Shown here in pieces: positions 18,494 to 29,293 of a DNA stretch of 64,000 bases; the stretch's first letter is position 1, and every line of letters begins with the position of its first letter. Under the pieces are notes generated by a model that was given only the letters and a program-made list of their open reading frames with translations, made no database searches and was not told the origin of the DNA. The DNA is taken from sequence record LR756500.1; one strand, written 5' to 3'. The translations under genes and the position numbers were made by a program.

Positions 18494-20317
18494 TTATGTA
18501 TGTATCATTCCTTCATTTGATAAAATTAAATTTTTAACTTTATTTGTTGTCCACTTTGTAAAATGAACAGAATTTTGAGCTGCTTTTTCTTGATTTTCTT
18601 GACTTATACCTATATCAGTTGCTCCATATCTTAATGCAGTTTCTGCATCTCCAGGTGTAAGTATACTACCATCTTGCCCAGAACCTTTACTGCCAGATGC
18701 AGTATGACCGCCTTTACCTTGTATTGCACCATATACTTCAATATCTTTTCCTTCTAAATTTAATATATCTGGAAAACTATCAGCTGATGCATATAATCTA
18801 CCCATACCGGCGTTAAAAGCACTTTCAAAATCTGATTTATCTCTAGGTCTTGCATGACTTAAATTACATTTTAATTGTATAATACTAGGAAAATCATCAT
18901 ATCCTAAAGGACCTTTAAAAGATATATTAGAATCTTTTAATATTAAATTACCAAACATTGCAATTGGATTCATAGGATTACCAACAGTTAAATGCCAGTT
19001 ACCAGTAGGTTCACCAGTTATTAAAGCTTTAACTGCTTGATATGCTGGTGCAGCACCAATTTGAGAATTTAAAAATCCCCCTAACATATTTCCTAGAAAT
19101 GTTCCTCCGACTTTTTCTAATCCATCTAAAACAGAATCGAATGTAAATGTACCTCCAGCTGTTCCAAATGTATTTTTAAAACCTCCTGATAAATCTGTAA
19201 CAACACTACCTAAATATCCTTTAAAATCTCCACTTATTAATTTTTGTATATCTCCGAACTGACTAGCAATATATCCATTTCCTCCATAAAATCTATTAGC
19301 ACCCCCCCAGAAATTAGCATTACTATAAGTAAGCACTAATAAATTAGCAAATATATCTAACATTGCAATTCTAGGATTTAAATCACTATATGCTCTTAAT
19401 TCATATTCAAAGTTAACTTCAATATCATGAGTAAAATTTAAACCTATATCTCTGGTCTGCATTTTATTTATAACATTAACTGGACCAATAACAAAATTTT
19501 CATATGTTTCCATTAATGGATCATGACCAGCCATTCTTTCTCTTCTATATTTTTCCCCTGGACTAATACCTTTCATAGTATCAAATACTGCTCTACTTAT
19601 ATTACCAAGTTTAGAATAAAATGGTTGTGCAGTATATCCTTCATTTTGTGATTGATACGTATTTGTTTCGCCAGTTTGTTCTTTCCAATTATATCCATAC
19701 CCAAATGATAATATATCTGTTAAATCATTACCTGTGATATCACTCATCCATGTTAAAGCTCTAGCTAAGTCAGGAACAGTTACATTTTGTATATCTCCTA
19801 GTTGATTTTCATTTTTAGAAGTTGTTCTTCTAACGTCATAAATATTATCTTCACATGGCATAGCAAATCTTCTTAATGTTAGCATATAGTTATTTGCTAT
19901 TTTATCATTATATTTAGCCCATAAAAAATCAGACCAAGCATATTCTATACCTCCATATCTTTCATTAAAAAATTCTATTATATTTTGTGGAGTAGGATCT
20001 CTAGAAAAAGCAGGAGCTGTTAATGGATTATAACTATTATTAACATCATCTCTATAATATTTATATACTTCACCTTTCGGCATTCCATGTAAACCAAACC
20101 ATGTAAATAAAGAATATCTATTAGCTAAAGATAATGGAGCAGTATCAGATAAACTGGTAGCTCTTAATGTTTTTTGAGCTACTGTATATGCATAATTTAA
20201 ATAAGCTACTTTATCAGTAGGATCAATTGTCATTAATTTTCTAACTTGTTCATAATCTGCTTGATTGAAATCTTGCTGAACAGGGACATTTAATCCAGTT
20301 GTAGTTTTATCTCCCAT
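18494..20317 (-). CDS. Putative baseplate / tail-tube initiator protein (gp48/gp54-like)
   Basis: First gene of the baseplate cluster; FTHDIEVNFEYELR and GPLGYDDFPSIIQLKCNLSHARPRD motifs; assignment by synteny. Confidence 0.45.
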   Translation of the reverse strand: MGDKTTTGLNVPVQQDFNQADYEQVRKLMTIDPTDKVAYLNYAYTVAQKTLRATSLSDTAPLSLANRYSLFTWFGLHGMPKGEVYKYYRDDVNNSYNPLTAPAFSRDPTPQNIIEFFNERYGGIEYAWSDFLWAKYNDKIANNYMLTLRRFAMPCEDNIYDVRRTTSKNENQLGDIQNVTVPDLARALTWMSDITGNDLTDILSFGYGYNWKEQTGETNTYQSQNEGYTAQPFYSKLGNISRAVFDTMKGISPGEKYRRERMAGHDPLMETYENFVIGPVNVINKMQTRDIGLNFTHDIEVNFEYELRAYSDLNPRIAMLDIFANLLVLTYSNANFWGGANRFYGGNGYIASQFGDIQKLISGDFKGYLGSVVTDLSGGFKNTFGTAGGTFTFDSVLDGLEKVGGTFLGNMLGGFLNSQIGAAPAYQAVKALITGEPTGNWHLTVGNPMNPIAMFGNLILKDSNISFKGPLGYDDFPSIIQLKCNLSHARPRDKSDFESAFNAGMGRLYASADSFPDILNLEGKDIEVYGAIQGKGGHTASGSKGSGQDGSILTPGDAETALRYGATDIGISQENQEKAAQNSVHFTKWTTNKVKNLILSNEGMIHT

Positions 20318-20332
20318 AAATTATATTACTTT

Positions 20333-20340
20333 TATTTATA
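20333..20340 (-). promoter_or_regulatory. T4-type late promoter TATAAATA
   Basis: Exact TATAAATA 15 nt upstream of the ATG at 20317. Confidence 0.5.
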
Positions 20341-20350
20341 TAGTTATTTT

Positions 20351-21529
20351 TTAATTAGAGGGACCATATACTCCTCTATGTAAAATATTCACTGCTGCAT
20401 TATAATCTGCATCAATCTCTATTTTACAACTTGAACATAAATAAACTTCACCTTTACGACTCTCTTTATCTATATTCCCGCATTCTGAACAAGTCTGGCT
20501 AGTATACGCTGGATTCACCTGCTTAATAAAGAAACCTTCTTCCTCGGCCAATAAATTTAATCTAGCATACACCTTTGGATAACTCCATCGCTGTATCTTG
20601 CTCATTATTTTGTTATTTATATATTTGTTTGATTTATGCTTAACATTTTTTAATTCCTCAATAATCAACTGATCAGGACTTTCATTTTTTATAAACTCTT
20701 TAACAGTTACATTAATTAATTCATCTCTTTCAATCAATGCTCTTTTAAATGATTTACTACCTTGCTCTTTTCTAGCTATCTTAGCATAAATTTCAAATAA
20801 ATTTCTTCCATAATACTCTCCTGAACTAGAAGATATTAATTTTTTATATCCTGCATCTATTCCTACCGATTTAATTATTTCTTTCTTTTTAGGTTCTTTC
20901 TTTTCCCATATTAAATCTATAAAAAATTTATTATCTTTTTTTCTTAATATTATTGTATTCTTTCTTTTCCAGTTTTCGTTTATAAACCTATTACTATACA
21001 TATGATATTTAATTGGAATATTAATTTTAACTGATCTATATTTATTATCTTGAAAATATGGAGTATATAATTTTATAAATTCATCAAATTTATATCCTTT
21101 TTCAATATTAAATAATCTATTATCAATATGCAATGAAATATTTTTAATCTGAATTTTTGGAATTCTTTTTATATAATTAATATTTAATTCATTAAATCTT
21201 TTAGATGTAAAATTTTGATGAATATTGTTTTTTATGCATTTAGAATAAAGATATTTATATTTTTTATAAACTTTATTTTTAGATTTTTCTGTAGTACTTT
21301 TAATTATTTCAATTGCCTGTTTATATACTATTTGTTTCCATACAGAATGATTAAAAATATAATTTGGAAGTTCTTTAGATGACAGAAATTTTTCAAAAGA
21401 TAAAGTTTTGTTTAAAATTAGATCGATATAATATTGAAGCATTAGTTTATAATCATTATAGAATTGATCTATAATATTTAATTTTTCTTTATTTGAAAAA
21501 CTTAAAACATGCTTACTTGTTCTTATCAT
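20351..21529 (-). mobile_element. tnpB: TnpB copy 2, close paralogue of 14616-15821, no tnpA
   Basis: First 43 aa identical to copy 1; GIDAG, IIEEL, CSEC/CSSC, DADYNAAVNI intact. Confidence 0.92.
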
Positions 21530-21579
21530 ATAATATATATTTGAAATTAAAAGGTTTATAATTTATCCCTTTAAACATA

Positions 21580-22161
21580 TCAGAAGGTTTTTATAAATTG
21601 ATTATAATCTTCTTTATATAAATCAAATTTATCTCCAATATATTTATGAAATCTTTTCTTAAATTCTAATTCAGAATCTAATCTAAATAAACCTTTATAG
21701 AATCCTCGTGTAGATAATTCTTGAAGCTCAGCTATTTTTCTTACTATTAAAAAGTATTGTATATTATTAAATAATATTTGAAGATCAGCCTTTGTTTTTG
21801 TAGCCATAATAGAATCAATAATTAGATAAAATCTTGATTCATCTTCTTGATTTAATCTTTTTTCTAGATCATTTACATTTTTAATAATTTCTGATTTTAG
21901 GCTTATTTTTCTAGCAAGACCATCATAAGTGTTACAAAAATTCATGTCAAAAAAATATTTTTTTAAAAAATTTATTTGATCATAAAATTTTAATATCTTA
22001 ATTTTATATAAGGGATTAATAGGATCCCATTTAGTTTCTTTAATAAGACACTTTATAGGTATCAATATATTAGGATGATTAAACGAGGAAAGGAGAGCAT
22101 GACACTGTTCTCCCTTTGAAAAAATTCTATGCTTAGTAGAACCATATTTTTTATTTGTCAT
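21580..22161 (-). CDS. Hypothetical protein
   Basis: 193 aa ORF in a tightly packed operon. Confidence 0.6.
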   Translation of the reverse strand: MTNKKYGSTKHRIFSKGEQCHALLSSFNHPNILIPIKCLIKETKWDPINPLYKIKILKFYDQINFLKKYFFDMNFCNTYDGLARKISLKSEIIKNVNDLEKRLNQEDESRFYLIIDSIMATKTKADLQILFNNIQYFLIVRKIAELQELSTRGFYKGLFRLDSELEFKKRFHKYIGDKFDLYKEDYNQFIKTF

Positions 22162-22164
22162 ATC

Positions 22165-22542
22165 TTATATTAATTCAAAAACTTCATCAAATATAGAATG
22201 TACTTCATTATAACATTCTTTTTCTTTTATAATAGCATTAAATTTAAAATTATTCAACGATAATTTTTTAACGTATTTTTTAATATTATTTATTATAACA
22301 GGATCTAAACAACTAAGTACATAATAAATATTTACATTTTCTTTATCAACTATAGATTTTTCTAAATATTTTATTATATAGGAACCTATAATTACATCAG
22401 ATGGTTCTTTAGAATATATATCATTCTTTGTAAGCTTATTAGCTATATCCATATAATTTATAACATCATCATTATCAATATCCTTTAGATATTTTTTAAC
22501 AACTAATGCTTCTTTTGCAAAAATACAATAAAAATTTACCAT
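22165..22542 (-). CDS. Hypothetical protein
   Basis: 125 aa ORF with 3-nt spacing to its neighbours. Confidence 0.55.
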   Translation of the reverse strand: MVNFYCIFAKEALVVKKYLKDIDNDDVINYMDIANKLTKNDIYSKEPSDVIIGSYIIKYLEKSIVDKENVNIYYVLSCLDPVIINNIKKYVKKLSLNNFKFNAIIKEKECYNEVHSIFDEVFELI

Positions 22543-22545
22543 GAT

Positions 22546-22881
22546 TTATTTAATGTCGTCTAATAATTCTTCTAATATAATTAATTCATCTTTTAGGGAA
22601 TTTATTTTATTTTCGATATCATCTTTAGTCGGTTTAAAACTTATTCCCCAATCAGTTGAAATTTGTAAATTAATTTTAGAAAATTTATTACCAGTATATA
22701 CTCCTAAATCTTTTAGAACATCTTTAACAAAATTAATAGTATTTTTAAATTCGTTAATTTCATCATCTTCTAAAATATATGCTGTTTTTAATTCATATTT
22801 ATCACCAGCGCCATTTGCATTATTATCTAAAATTTTTTTAACAATACCGTTTGATACACATTCTAATTCAATACTTACCAT
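22546..22881 (-). CDS. Hypothetical protein
   Basis: 111 aa ORF, packed. Confidence 0.55.
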   Translation of the reverse strand: MVSIELECVSNGIVKKILDNNANGAGDKYELKTAYILEDDEINEFKNTINFVKDVLKDLGVYTGNKFSKINLQISTDWGISFKPTKDDIENKINSLKDELIILEELLDDIK

Positions 22882-22883
22882 AA

Positions 22884-23276
22884 TTAAAGAACTTTATCAT
22901 ACCAATTTTCAATTAAATCATTGATATATTTATCATCTTTACCTATTTTCTTAAATGTATCTCTTATATTTTTTTCTTTCCAATGAAAGAAATTTTCAGT
23001 ATTTGTTCTCCATATTCTTTCATTATTAGTATGTAATTCTTTACCTTTTTCAATATTATCAGCAACTACATCTAGCCACGCAGGTAAAGATCTATTCATT
23101 AATGATCTTTTTTGTTTATGATATTTGTGTCTATTTAAATGAGATCTTCTTTCTCTTCTATTAAATATTTTATCATTTGATCTATTAGAAAATTCATTAT
23201 TGGTTATTGTTGTTGCTTCATTATTTATTTCTTTATTCTCTGCTGCTTCTGCCGAATTTTTTAAAATGTCTTCCAT
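22884..23276 (-). CDS. Hypothetical basic protein
   Basis: Contains RRERRSHLNRHKYHKQKR. Confidence 0.6.
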   Translation of the reverse strand: MEDILKNSAEAAENKEINNEATTITNNEFSNRSNDKIFNRRERRSHLNRHKYHKQKRSLMNRSLPAWLDVVADNIEKGKELHTNNERIWRTNTENFFHWKEKNIRDTFKKIGKDDKYINDLIENWYDKVL

Positions 23277-23298
23277 GTTATTTAAATTTAAATTGTAA

Positions 23299-23853
23299 TT
23301 ATTCTGCGTAATATTTTTTAATAGAATCTTTAATTGATTCTTCTAAATTCTTCTTGTCTATCGATTCTTCTAATACCATAGATATTAGTTCATCTTCTAA
23401 TTCATCGGGAAATGAATCCTTTAATATATTAAATATTTCTTTTTTAGGTAATTCAACTATTATTCCAACTGATATAGCTTCTTTGGAATTAATTGATTGT
23501 TTTTCTAATAATATTCTAATAGGAGATTTTTGTTTTTTTATAGTTTTATTTGAATTATTCTCATTAATTTGAGAATTTTGCTTAGTACTAATATCATCTT
23601 TGATATTTAAAATATCAGAATCATCATAAATTCTGTATAAAAATTCGTTTAATAAATCTTTATTAACTCTATTTCCACTTTTAAAATAAATCCAATGTAC
23701 TCCATTGATATCTTCTGTATGATCTACTATCTCAACATTTCCTGCTTTTTCACCTTTAATCCATTGATATTGTTCGATAGGACTATTAGTAGAATCAGTA
23801 GTAGTTTTTTCTTCTATAATTACTTCTTTTTCTTCTACTTTTTTATTTTTCAT
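23299..23853 (-). CDS. Hypothetical protein
   Basis: 184 aa ORF with YQWIKGE and WIYFKSG motifs. Confidence 0.6.
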   Translation of the reverse strand: MKNKKVEEKEVIIEEKTTTDSTNSPIEQYQWIKGEKAGNVEIVDHTEDINGVHWIYFKSGNRVNKDLLNEFLYRIYDDSDILNIKDDISTKQNSQINENNSNKTIKKQKSPIRILLEKQSINSKEAISVGIIVELPKKEIFNILKDSFPDELEDELISMVLEESIDKKNLEESIKDSIKKYYAE

Positions 23854-23923
23854 TTTTGTATTGTTTAAAAATTGTATACAAACTTAAACATTGTTTTATG
23901 TTATATGTAAATAAAAAAAAATG

Positions 23924-24619
23924 TTACGATTCTTTCTCAAAAATTTTATCAAGAGCTCCATTAAACGATTTAAAAGTCTTTTCAACAGATAACAAAGTTG
24001 CATCAAGTGCTGATTGATGTGTATTTAATATAGCCCATAATTTTTCAACATTATTATCATAAATAGAACTATTACAAATAGATTGAATTAAACTTTGTGA
24101 ATATGTAATTGTTTGAATATGCCATTGATTAAATCCTTTTTCTCCATCTATTACATATTCATAAATATCTTTAGAAAATTCTTCTTTAAAAGATTTATTA
24201 TATAATCTTATCATAGTAGAAAGATTATTCATAACATAGGATTCAAATTCTTGCATTGACATTTTTTCTAAATCTTCTTTAGAAACTAAATCAATTGTTT
24301 TTTCTTTAATAATATCAAATTTTATTGCAAGCATTTTTCTAAATAATGCATTTCTTCTAACGTCACCGAATTGTAAACTATATATTTTGGTTGTATTCCA
24401 ATATTCAAATCTTGAAAATATTTGATGATTTTTTAATTGTTCTTTTTTATTTAAAGAATTTTTATTTTTCTTTTCCAATAAGTGTTTAATTAGAGGCCAA
24501 CCATATTTAACAGCTATAGATAATAAAATTAATACTAGTGCACCTTCTATAAAATATCTTGCCCATACATCAAATTGTGACCATAATTCTTTAATTATCT
24601 CAAATAGGGTCTTCTCCAT
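23924..24619 (-). CDS. Membrane-anchored protein, possible holin (single N-terminal TM plus large soluble domain)
   Basis: YFIEGALVLILLSIAVKYGW TM segment; topology like T4 holin T; function inferred only. Confidence 0.4.
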   Translation of the reverse strand: MEKTLFEIIKELWSQFDVWARYFIEGALVLILLSIAVKYGWPLIKHLLEKKNKNSLNKKEQLKNHQIFSRFEYWNTTKIYSLQFGDVRRNALFRKMLAIKFDIIKEKTIDLVSKEDLEKMSMQEFESYVMNNLSTMIRLYNKSFKEEFSKDIYEYVIDGEKGFNQWHIQTITYSQSLIQSICNSSIYDNNVEKLWAILNTHQSALDATLLSVEKTFKSFNGALDKIFEKES

Positions 24620-24698
24620 ATTAATACTTTTTTATATTTTATTATATATTTGTATCGTTTATAAAACAGAGGTATCTAATAACTTTTTTATAAAAAAT

Positions 24699-24729
24699 AA
24701 AGCACAAACATTATTAAAAGTTGTGCTTT
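24699..24729 (-). terminator. Rho-independent terminator after the fibre operon
   Basis: aaagcacaa/ttgtgcttt stem, T-rich tail on the minus strand. Confidence 0.55.
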
Positions 24730-24757
24730 GTTTTAAATTTATTTATATTTAAATGAA

Positions 24758-25087
24758 TTAAGCTTCTATAATTAGATTAGCTTCTAACCAAGTTGGTTGT
24801 AGTTCTAATAATTTAGCTACTAATGAATCGGAAATCTTTTGAAAAAGATCACCTTGATTAAAATCAGCAGTAAAATTAATATTCATTCCGCTAGGAATTT
24901 CATCAATTGTAATAGTCCATCCTTCATTTAAATCATGTTTAGCTTTACTTTCATAAATATTTACAGCATAAAATGCTTGTAAATTAGAAATTTGATCTAC
25001 TGCTACTCTTGTTATTTTTAAATAACAACTAGCTAAAGTTGAACCTTGAAAGGTAACTGATTCATTAATTTGTACGTTTTTATACAT
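24758..25087 (-). CDS. Hypothetical protein at the end of the fibre operon (possible fibre chaperone)
   Basis: 109 aa ORF; function from position only. Confidence 0.5.
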   Translation of the reverse strand: MYKNVQINESVTFQGSTLASCYLKITRVAVDQISNLQAFYAVNIYESKAKHDLNEGWTITIDEIPSGMNINFTADFNQGDLFQKISDSLVAKLLELQPTWLEANLIIEA

Positions 25088-25144
25088 AATATTCTTTTTA
25101 TTTTATTTATTTATTTTTCTATGAGAAATTATGAAATAGTTTCA

Positions 25145-26299
25145 TTAAATTCCTCCTGCATCATTTATTGTCCAATTTTTAGTTCCTATTAAATATGTTC
25201 TTGATGCTTCAGCATCACCTCCTAATGTATATGTTTTTCCATTAGCTCCTAATGTAACATTTGATTGAACTAATTTAGTAGGAGATCCTCCACTCCATCC
25301 TGTCCATCCTATTAATAATGCATCATAATTTGTAGTATTTATTCCAGAACTTACAAACATATTTATCATAGTAGTAACTAAAGATATATCCCAATTTCCT
25401 ATATTTTGGTTGAATGCAACACAATTTTCAAACATATAATCCATATTAATAACAGATGATGTATCCCATGCTCCAATAGGTTGATTAAACGAAGTATTAT
25501 TTTTAAACATATAATCCATATTAATAACAGATGAAGTATCCCATATACTTATATTCTGATTAAAAGAAGTATTATAAAACATACTACGCATATCATTAAC
25601 ATTTAAAGTATTCCATATACTTATGTTCTGATTAAATAATGTAGCTCCATAAAACATATTTTGCATACTAATAACACTTGAAGTATCCCATAAACTTATA
25701 TCTTGATTAAAAGAAGAAGCATTATAAAATAATTGTGACATAGTAGTAACATTTGAAGTATCCCATAAACTTATATCTTGATTAAAAGAAGAAGCTTCTC
25801 TAAACATTGCACTTATATTTGTAATATTTGAAATATTCCATAAACTTATATCTCCATTAAAAGAAGAAGCTCCCAAAAACATATTTGCTAAAATAGTAAC
25901 ACTTTCTAAATTTGGATTATCTGTAAAATTACCTGTTAAATTACTACAACCATTAAAAGCAGATAAAAATGTTTTCCATTTAATGCTACCCCATTGTTCA
26001 ATAGTTAATATTTTTAATCTATCGCCAGTATTATTAAAATATATAGATTCACATATTCCAGTTATTTTAATAGTATATGTTCCTATACTAGAATATGTGT
26101 GAGTAGTTTCTGCTTGATTATAAGCAGTAATTTTATTTCTAATACCATCACCCCAATCAACAATACATGAATAAATATATCCAGATATAAATGGTAATTT
26201 AAATTGATTATTTGATGAAGAACCCGTACTTAAATTATCAGTTTTAACTGTTATAATAAAAGGACTTCCTTTTTTTATTAATTTATAATAATAACTCAT
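25145..26299 (-). CDS. BspA-family / DUF285 surface-repeat protein with N-terminal PKD-like domain
   Basis: VDWGDG (PKD), then about 25-aa repeats FNQ(D/N)ISxWDTSxVxxMxxMF. Confidence 0.85.
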   Translation of the reverse strand: MSYYYKLIKKGSPFIITVKTDNLSTGSSSNNQFKLPFISGYIYSCIVDWGDGIRNKITAYNQAETTHTYSSIGTYTIKITGICESIYFNNTGDRLKILTIEQWGSIKWKTFLSAFNGCSNLTGNFTDNPNLESVTILANMFLGASSFNGDISLWNISNITNISAMFREASSFNQDISLWDTSNVTTMSQLFYNASSFNQDISLWDTSSVISMQNMFYGATLFNQNISIWNTLNVNDMRSMFYNTSFNQNISIWDTSSVINMDYMFKNNTSFNQPIGAWDTSSVINMDYMFENCVAFNQNIGNWDISLVTTMINMFVSSGINTTNYDALLIGWTGWSGGSPTKLVQSNVTLGANGKTYTLGGDAEASRTYLIGTKNWTINDAGGI

Positions 26300-26310
26300 T
26301 TAATTAAATT

Positions 26311-29196
26311 TTATTGTTCTTGTACTATCCAATATTCTACTCTTGTTCCAGATGTCCATTCTGCATAAATTATATTCAATACATTTATAACATAAACACC
26401 AGTTCCTAATAATACCCAGCCTGCTGGAACTGTAGGAGTACTTGAATCATTATGATATATTTTTTGTACAACACCTAATTTAGCACTCATTAAATTGTCT
26501 ATGATATTTCCAGTAGCTGGAGATGTATCCGTATTAAATATTTGTCTAGATACAAAATTTACAACAGTTCCAGTATTAGGAGTAACTTTATCTAATTCAT
26601 TTATACTAATAGGTACCCACATTGGATCAGTTGCTCCATTATAATAAAGAACATCACCTTCTTGTAATCCAGTTAAATCTACGTCTAATATATCTCCTAT
26701 ACTATTTACTGTTGAAGAATCCGATCCCCATATTAAATCTCCACTAGCATCAACCTTAAGAATCTGATTAAGTGTTCCAGTAGTTGATGGAAAAGCGTAT
26801 CCTGTTCCGCTTGGAATTCCTATTTGGAATGTTCCGTTTATTCTTAATATTGAATTATCAAACTCGCCATAAATTAATGGATTTGCTGTACTAGAATTAG
26901 AAATATAGAGTTTATTAGAACTTGTTTCGTTGTAACCTGCTTCATATCCTATGCATACATTAGATGAACCAATTAAATTTAAGAATCCTGCTCTAGCACC
27001 ACAATATGTATTATAATTGACTGTTGTACTAGTAACACCTGCTTGTGAGCCAACAAAGGTATTATATTCACCAGTTGTTTTAGATAATCCTGCATTAGTA
27101 CCTAAAGCCACATTCCAGTCACCATTACTATTTGCTAATGAACCTGTCCCAACAGCTGTATTATAAAAACCTCCTATATTATTATATAAAGAACCCGAAC
27201 CTATTGCTGTATTCTGGTTTCCTGTATTTAGTCTTAACGTGTTATTTCCAATTGCAGTATTATATTCGCCTGAGATATTAGAATATAATGATTCAGAACC
27301 AATAGCAGTATTATAACCACCTGTTGTATTTGAATAGGCTGCCATATATCCTATTGCTATAATTTTATTAGCTGTAGTTAAATTATATCCTGCCTGATAA
27401 CCTACTAAGAAATTATCTGTTCCTGTAGTTAAATTATAACCTGTTCTATAACCTAAACCAATATTATGATTTCCTGTTAAACCTAAAACATTATGACCTT
27501 TTAATGCATCTTCTCCAATTGCAATTGAATTTGATGCTGTTGATATATATTGCGCAGAATTTTTACCTATAAGAACATTATTTTGTCCTGTAGTTAAATT
27601 ATATCCTGCCTGATAACCAATACCAACATTATAACTAATATCTGTTGTTGATGCATCACCATTTAAACAAGCATATCCTAATGCAACATTATATGAACCA
27701 GCCAATGATTGACCCATAGGTTGTCTACCAATTGCAACATTTCTTGTACCTGAAACATGTAAACCCATTGAGAAATAACCTAATATTACATTATCGTTAC
27801 TTGAAATTAATGACTTACCTGCTTCTCTACCTAAAATAACATTTGAAGTACCATCAGTTAAAGCATATCCAGATTGATAACCTTGTAAAATATTATAAAC
27901 GCCTGTTGTTAAATTAAATCCAGCCAAATTTCCAATACCAATATTCTGACTACCTGTTAAACCTAAAACATTATGACCTTTTAATGCTTCTTCACCAATT
28001 GCAATTGAATTTGATGCTGTAGTTAAATTACCACCCGCTTGATAACCTGCCACATAATTATTAGAACCAGTAGTAATATTAGAACCAGCTTGATAACCAA
28101 AAATACTGTTGTAATTACCTGATGATAAACTATAACCAGCAGCAAAACCTATTAAAGCATTTCCTGTGCCATTTGTTAAACTAAAACCCGCACTATTACC
28201 TATACCTATGTTATTATTAGCAGTTAAAGAATTACTTCCTAAGGCATAATAACCTAATCCTATATTATAAGAACCTGTTGTCACTGTATATCCCGCAAAA
28301 TGGCCATTAAAAGTGTTACCCACACCACTACTAATACTATTACCCGCATAATAACCTATTGAGTTATTAAAAGTTGTTTGACTTGCGTTTATTAATATAG
28401 CAGTAATATTACCATTGTCATAAATTTTAAATATAGATTGTGATGTTGAACTTTGTAAATCAAGTGTAGTAGTAGCACCAGCAAAACCATCACCTTTAAT
28501 AGACACTTTACCAGTTCTGATAGTGTTTATCCCTATTAATACTTCACCATTACCTTCTACCTTAAATACTTGTTGATAAGCTGGTGTTGATAAAGTTTGA
28601 GTGTAAATGCTAAAAGCATTGTTATCTGAATTTTGATAACCTGTATATAAATAAAGTCCTTTACCATCAATATCAAAAATTAATTTTTGTTTTTTCTGTG
28701 TTGAATAATCTAATTCCCAACTAGAGTATAATCCTAAATTACCTGTTTTTGCTACTAATGATACATTTTGGTCAAGTGAATGACCTAATGACCAACCTCT
28801 AAATACTCTAGTATAATCTAAGTAAGTTTCGGGGTCATCTCCTACAATTTTTAATATACCATTAGGATTAGCTATAGAAATAGTTTTACTTGTATTATTC
28901 CAAGTAAAATTAGCATTTCCAGTAATCGCTGAACTTGAATTACCAAAAGCAACTTGTGTATCTGCTATTGAACCAGCAATTCCTTCAATATCATTTTGCC
29001 AAGTAACATTACCGCTTCCATCAGTTTTAAGAATTTGATTAATTGTACCTCTTGTATTAGGCAAAATATATCCAGTTAATATTGATCCTATATTTATAAT
29101 TCCATTTATATAAATATCATTAATATTAATTAAATTTTGACTATTAATATCGAAATTTTCACTAACTTCTATTTGTTTATTCTGAATTTTTGACAT
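26311..29196 (-). CDS. Long tail fibre/adhesin with trimeric-autotransporter-like NxAIGxxAL repeats
   Basis: Many 14-aa NxAIGYxAG repeats; collar motifs GTxNQILKxDxSG; DNA-level duplications at 27478-27540 and 27958-28020. Confidence 0.75.
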   Translation of the reverse strand: MSKIQNKQIEVSENFDINSQNLININDIYINGIINIGSILTGYILPNTRGTINQILKTDGSGNVTWQNDIEGIAGSIADTQVAFGNSSSAITGNANFTWNNTSKTISIANPNGILKIVGDDPETYLDYTRVFRGWSLGHSLDQNVSLVAKTGNLGLYSSWELDYSTQKKQKLIFDIDGKGLYLYTGYQNSDNNAFSIYTQTLSTPAYQQVFKVEGNGEVLIGINTIRTGKVSIKGDGFAGATTTLDLQSSTSQSIFKIYDNGNITAILINASQTTFNNSIGYYAGNSISSGVGNTFNGHFAGYTVTTGSYNIGLGYYALGSNSLTANNNIGIGNSAGFSLTNGTGNALIGFAAGYSLSSGNYNSIFGYQAGSNITTGSNNYVAGYQAGGNLTTASNSIAIGEEALKGHNVLGLTGSQNIGIGNLAGFNLTTGVYNILQGYQSGYALTDGTSNVILGREAGKSLISSNDNVILGYFSMGLHVSGTRNVAIGRQPMGQSLAGSYNVALGYACLNGDASTTDISYNVGIGYQAGYNLTTGQNNVLIGKNSAQYISTASNSIAIGEDALKGHNVLGLTGNHNIGLGYRTGYNLTTGTDNFLVGYQAGYNLTTANKIIAIGYMAAYSNTTGGYNTAIGSESLYSNISGEYNTAIGNNTLRLNTGNQNTAIGSGSLYNNIGGFYNTAVGTGSLANSNGDWNVALGTNAGLSKTTGEYNTFVGSQAGVTSTTVNYNTYCGARAGFLNLIGSSNVCIGYEAGYNETSSNKLYISNSSTANPLIYGEFDNSILRINGTFQIGIPSGTGYAFPSTTGTLNQILKVDASGDLIWGSDSSTVNSIGDILDVDLTGLQEGDVLYYNGATDPMWVPISINELDKVTPNTGTVVNFVSRQIFNTDTSPATGNIIDNLMSAKLGVVQKIYHNDSSTPTVPAGWVLLGTGVYVINVLNIIYAEWTSGTRVEYWIVQEQ

Positions 29197-29246
29197 TATT
29201 AACTATTTTTAAATATATATCACGAACTGAATTAATTATAAAAATA

Positions 29247-29271
29247 AAGGTCTAATTTTTAGTTAGACCTT
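29247..29271 (-). terminator. Rho-independent terminator
   Basis: aaggtctaa/ttagacctt stem followed by tttattttt on the minus strand. Confidence 0.6.
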
Positions 29272-29293
29272 CAATATTAAAATTTTTAATTTT

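Noticed and set aside
21590-21625. Partial match (11/13) of the tnpB copy 2 right flank TATATAAATAAAA to TATATAAAGAAGA upstream
   Set aside because: Almost pure A/T, expected by chance in this genome, and its upstream context differs from copy 1
25145-28100. Diversity-generating retroelement TR/VR pair in the fibre and BspA repeats
   Set aside because: The repeats are in-frame protein repeats inside genes, differences are not adenine-specific, and no reverse transcriptase is present in the window
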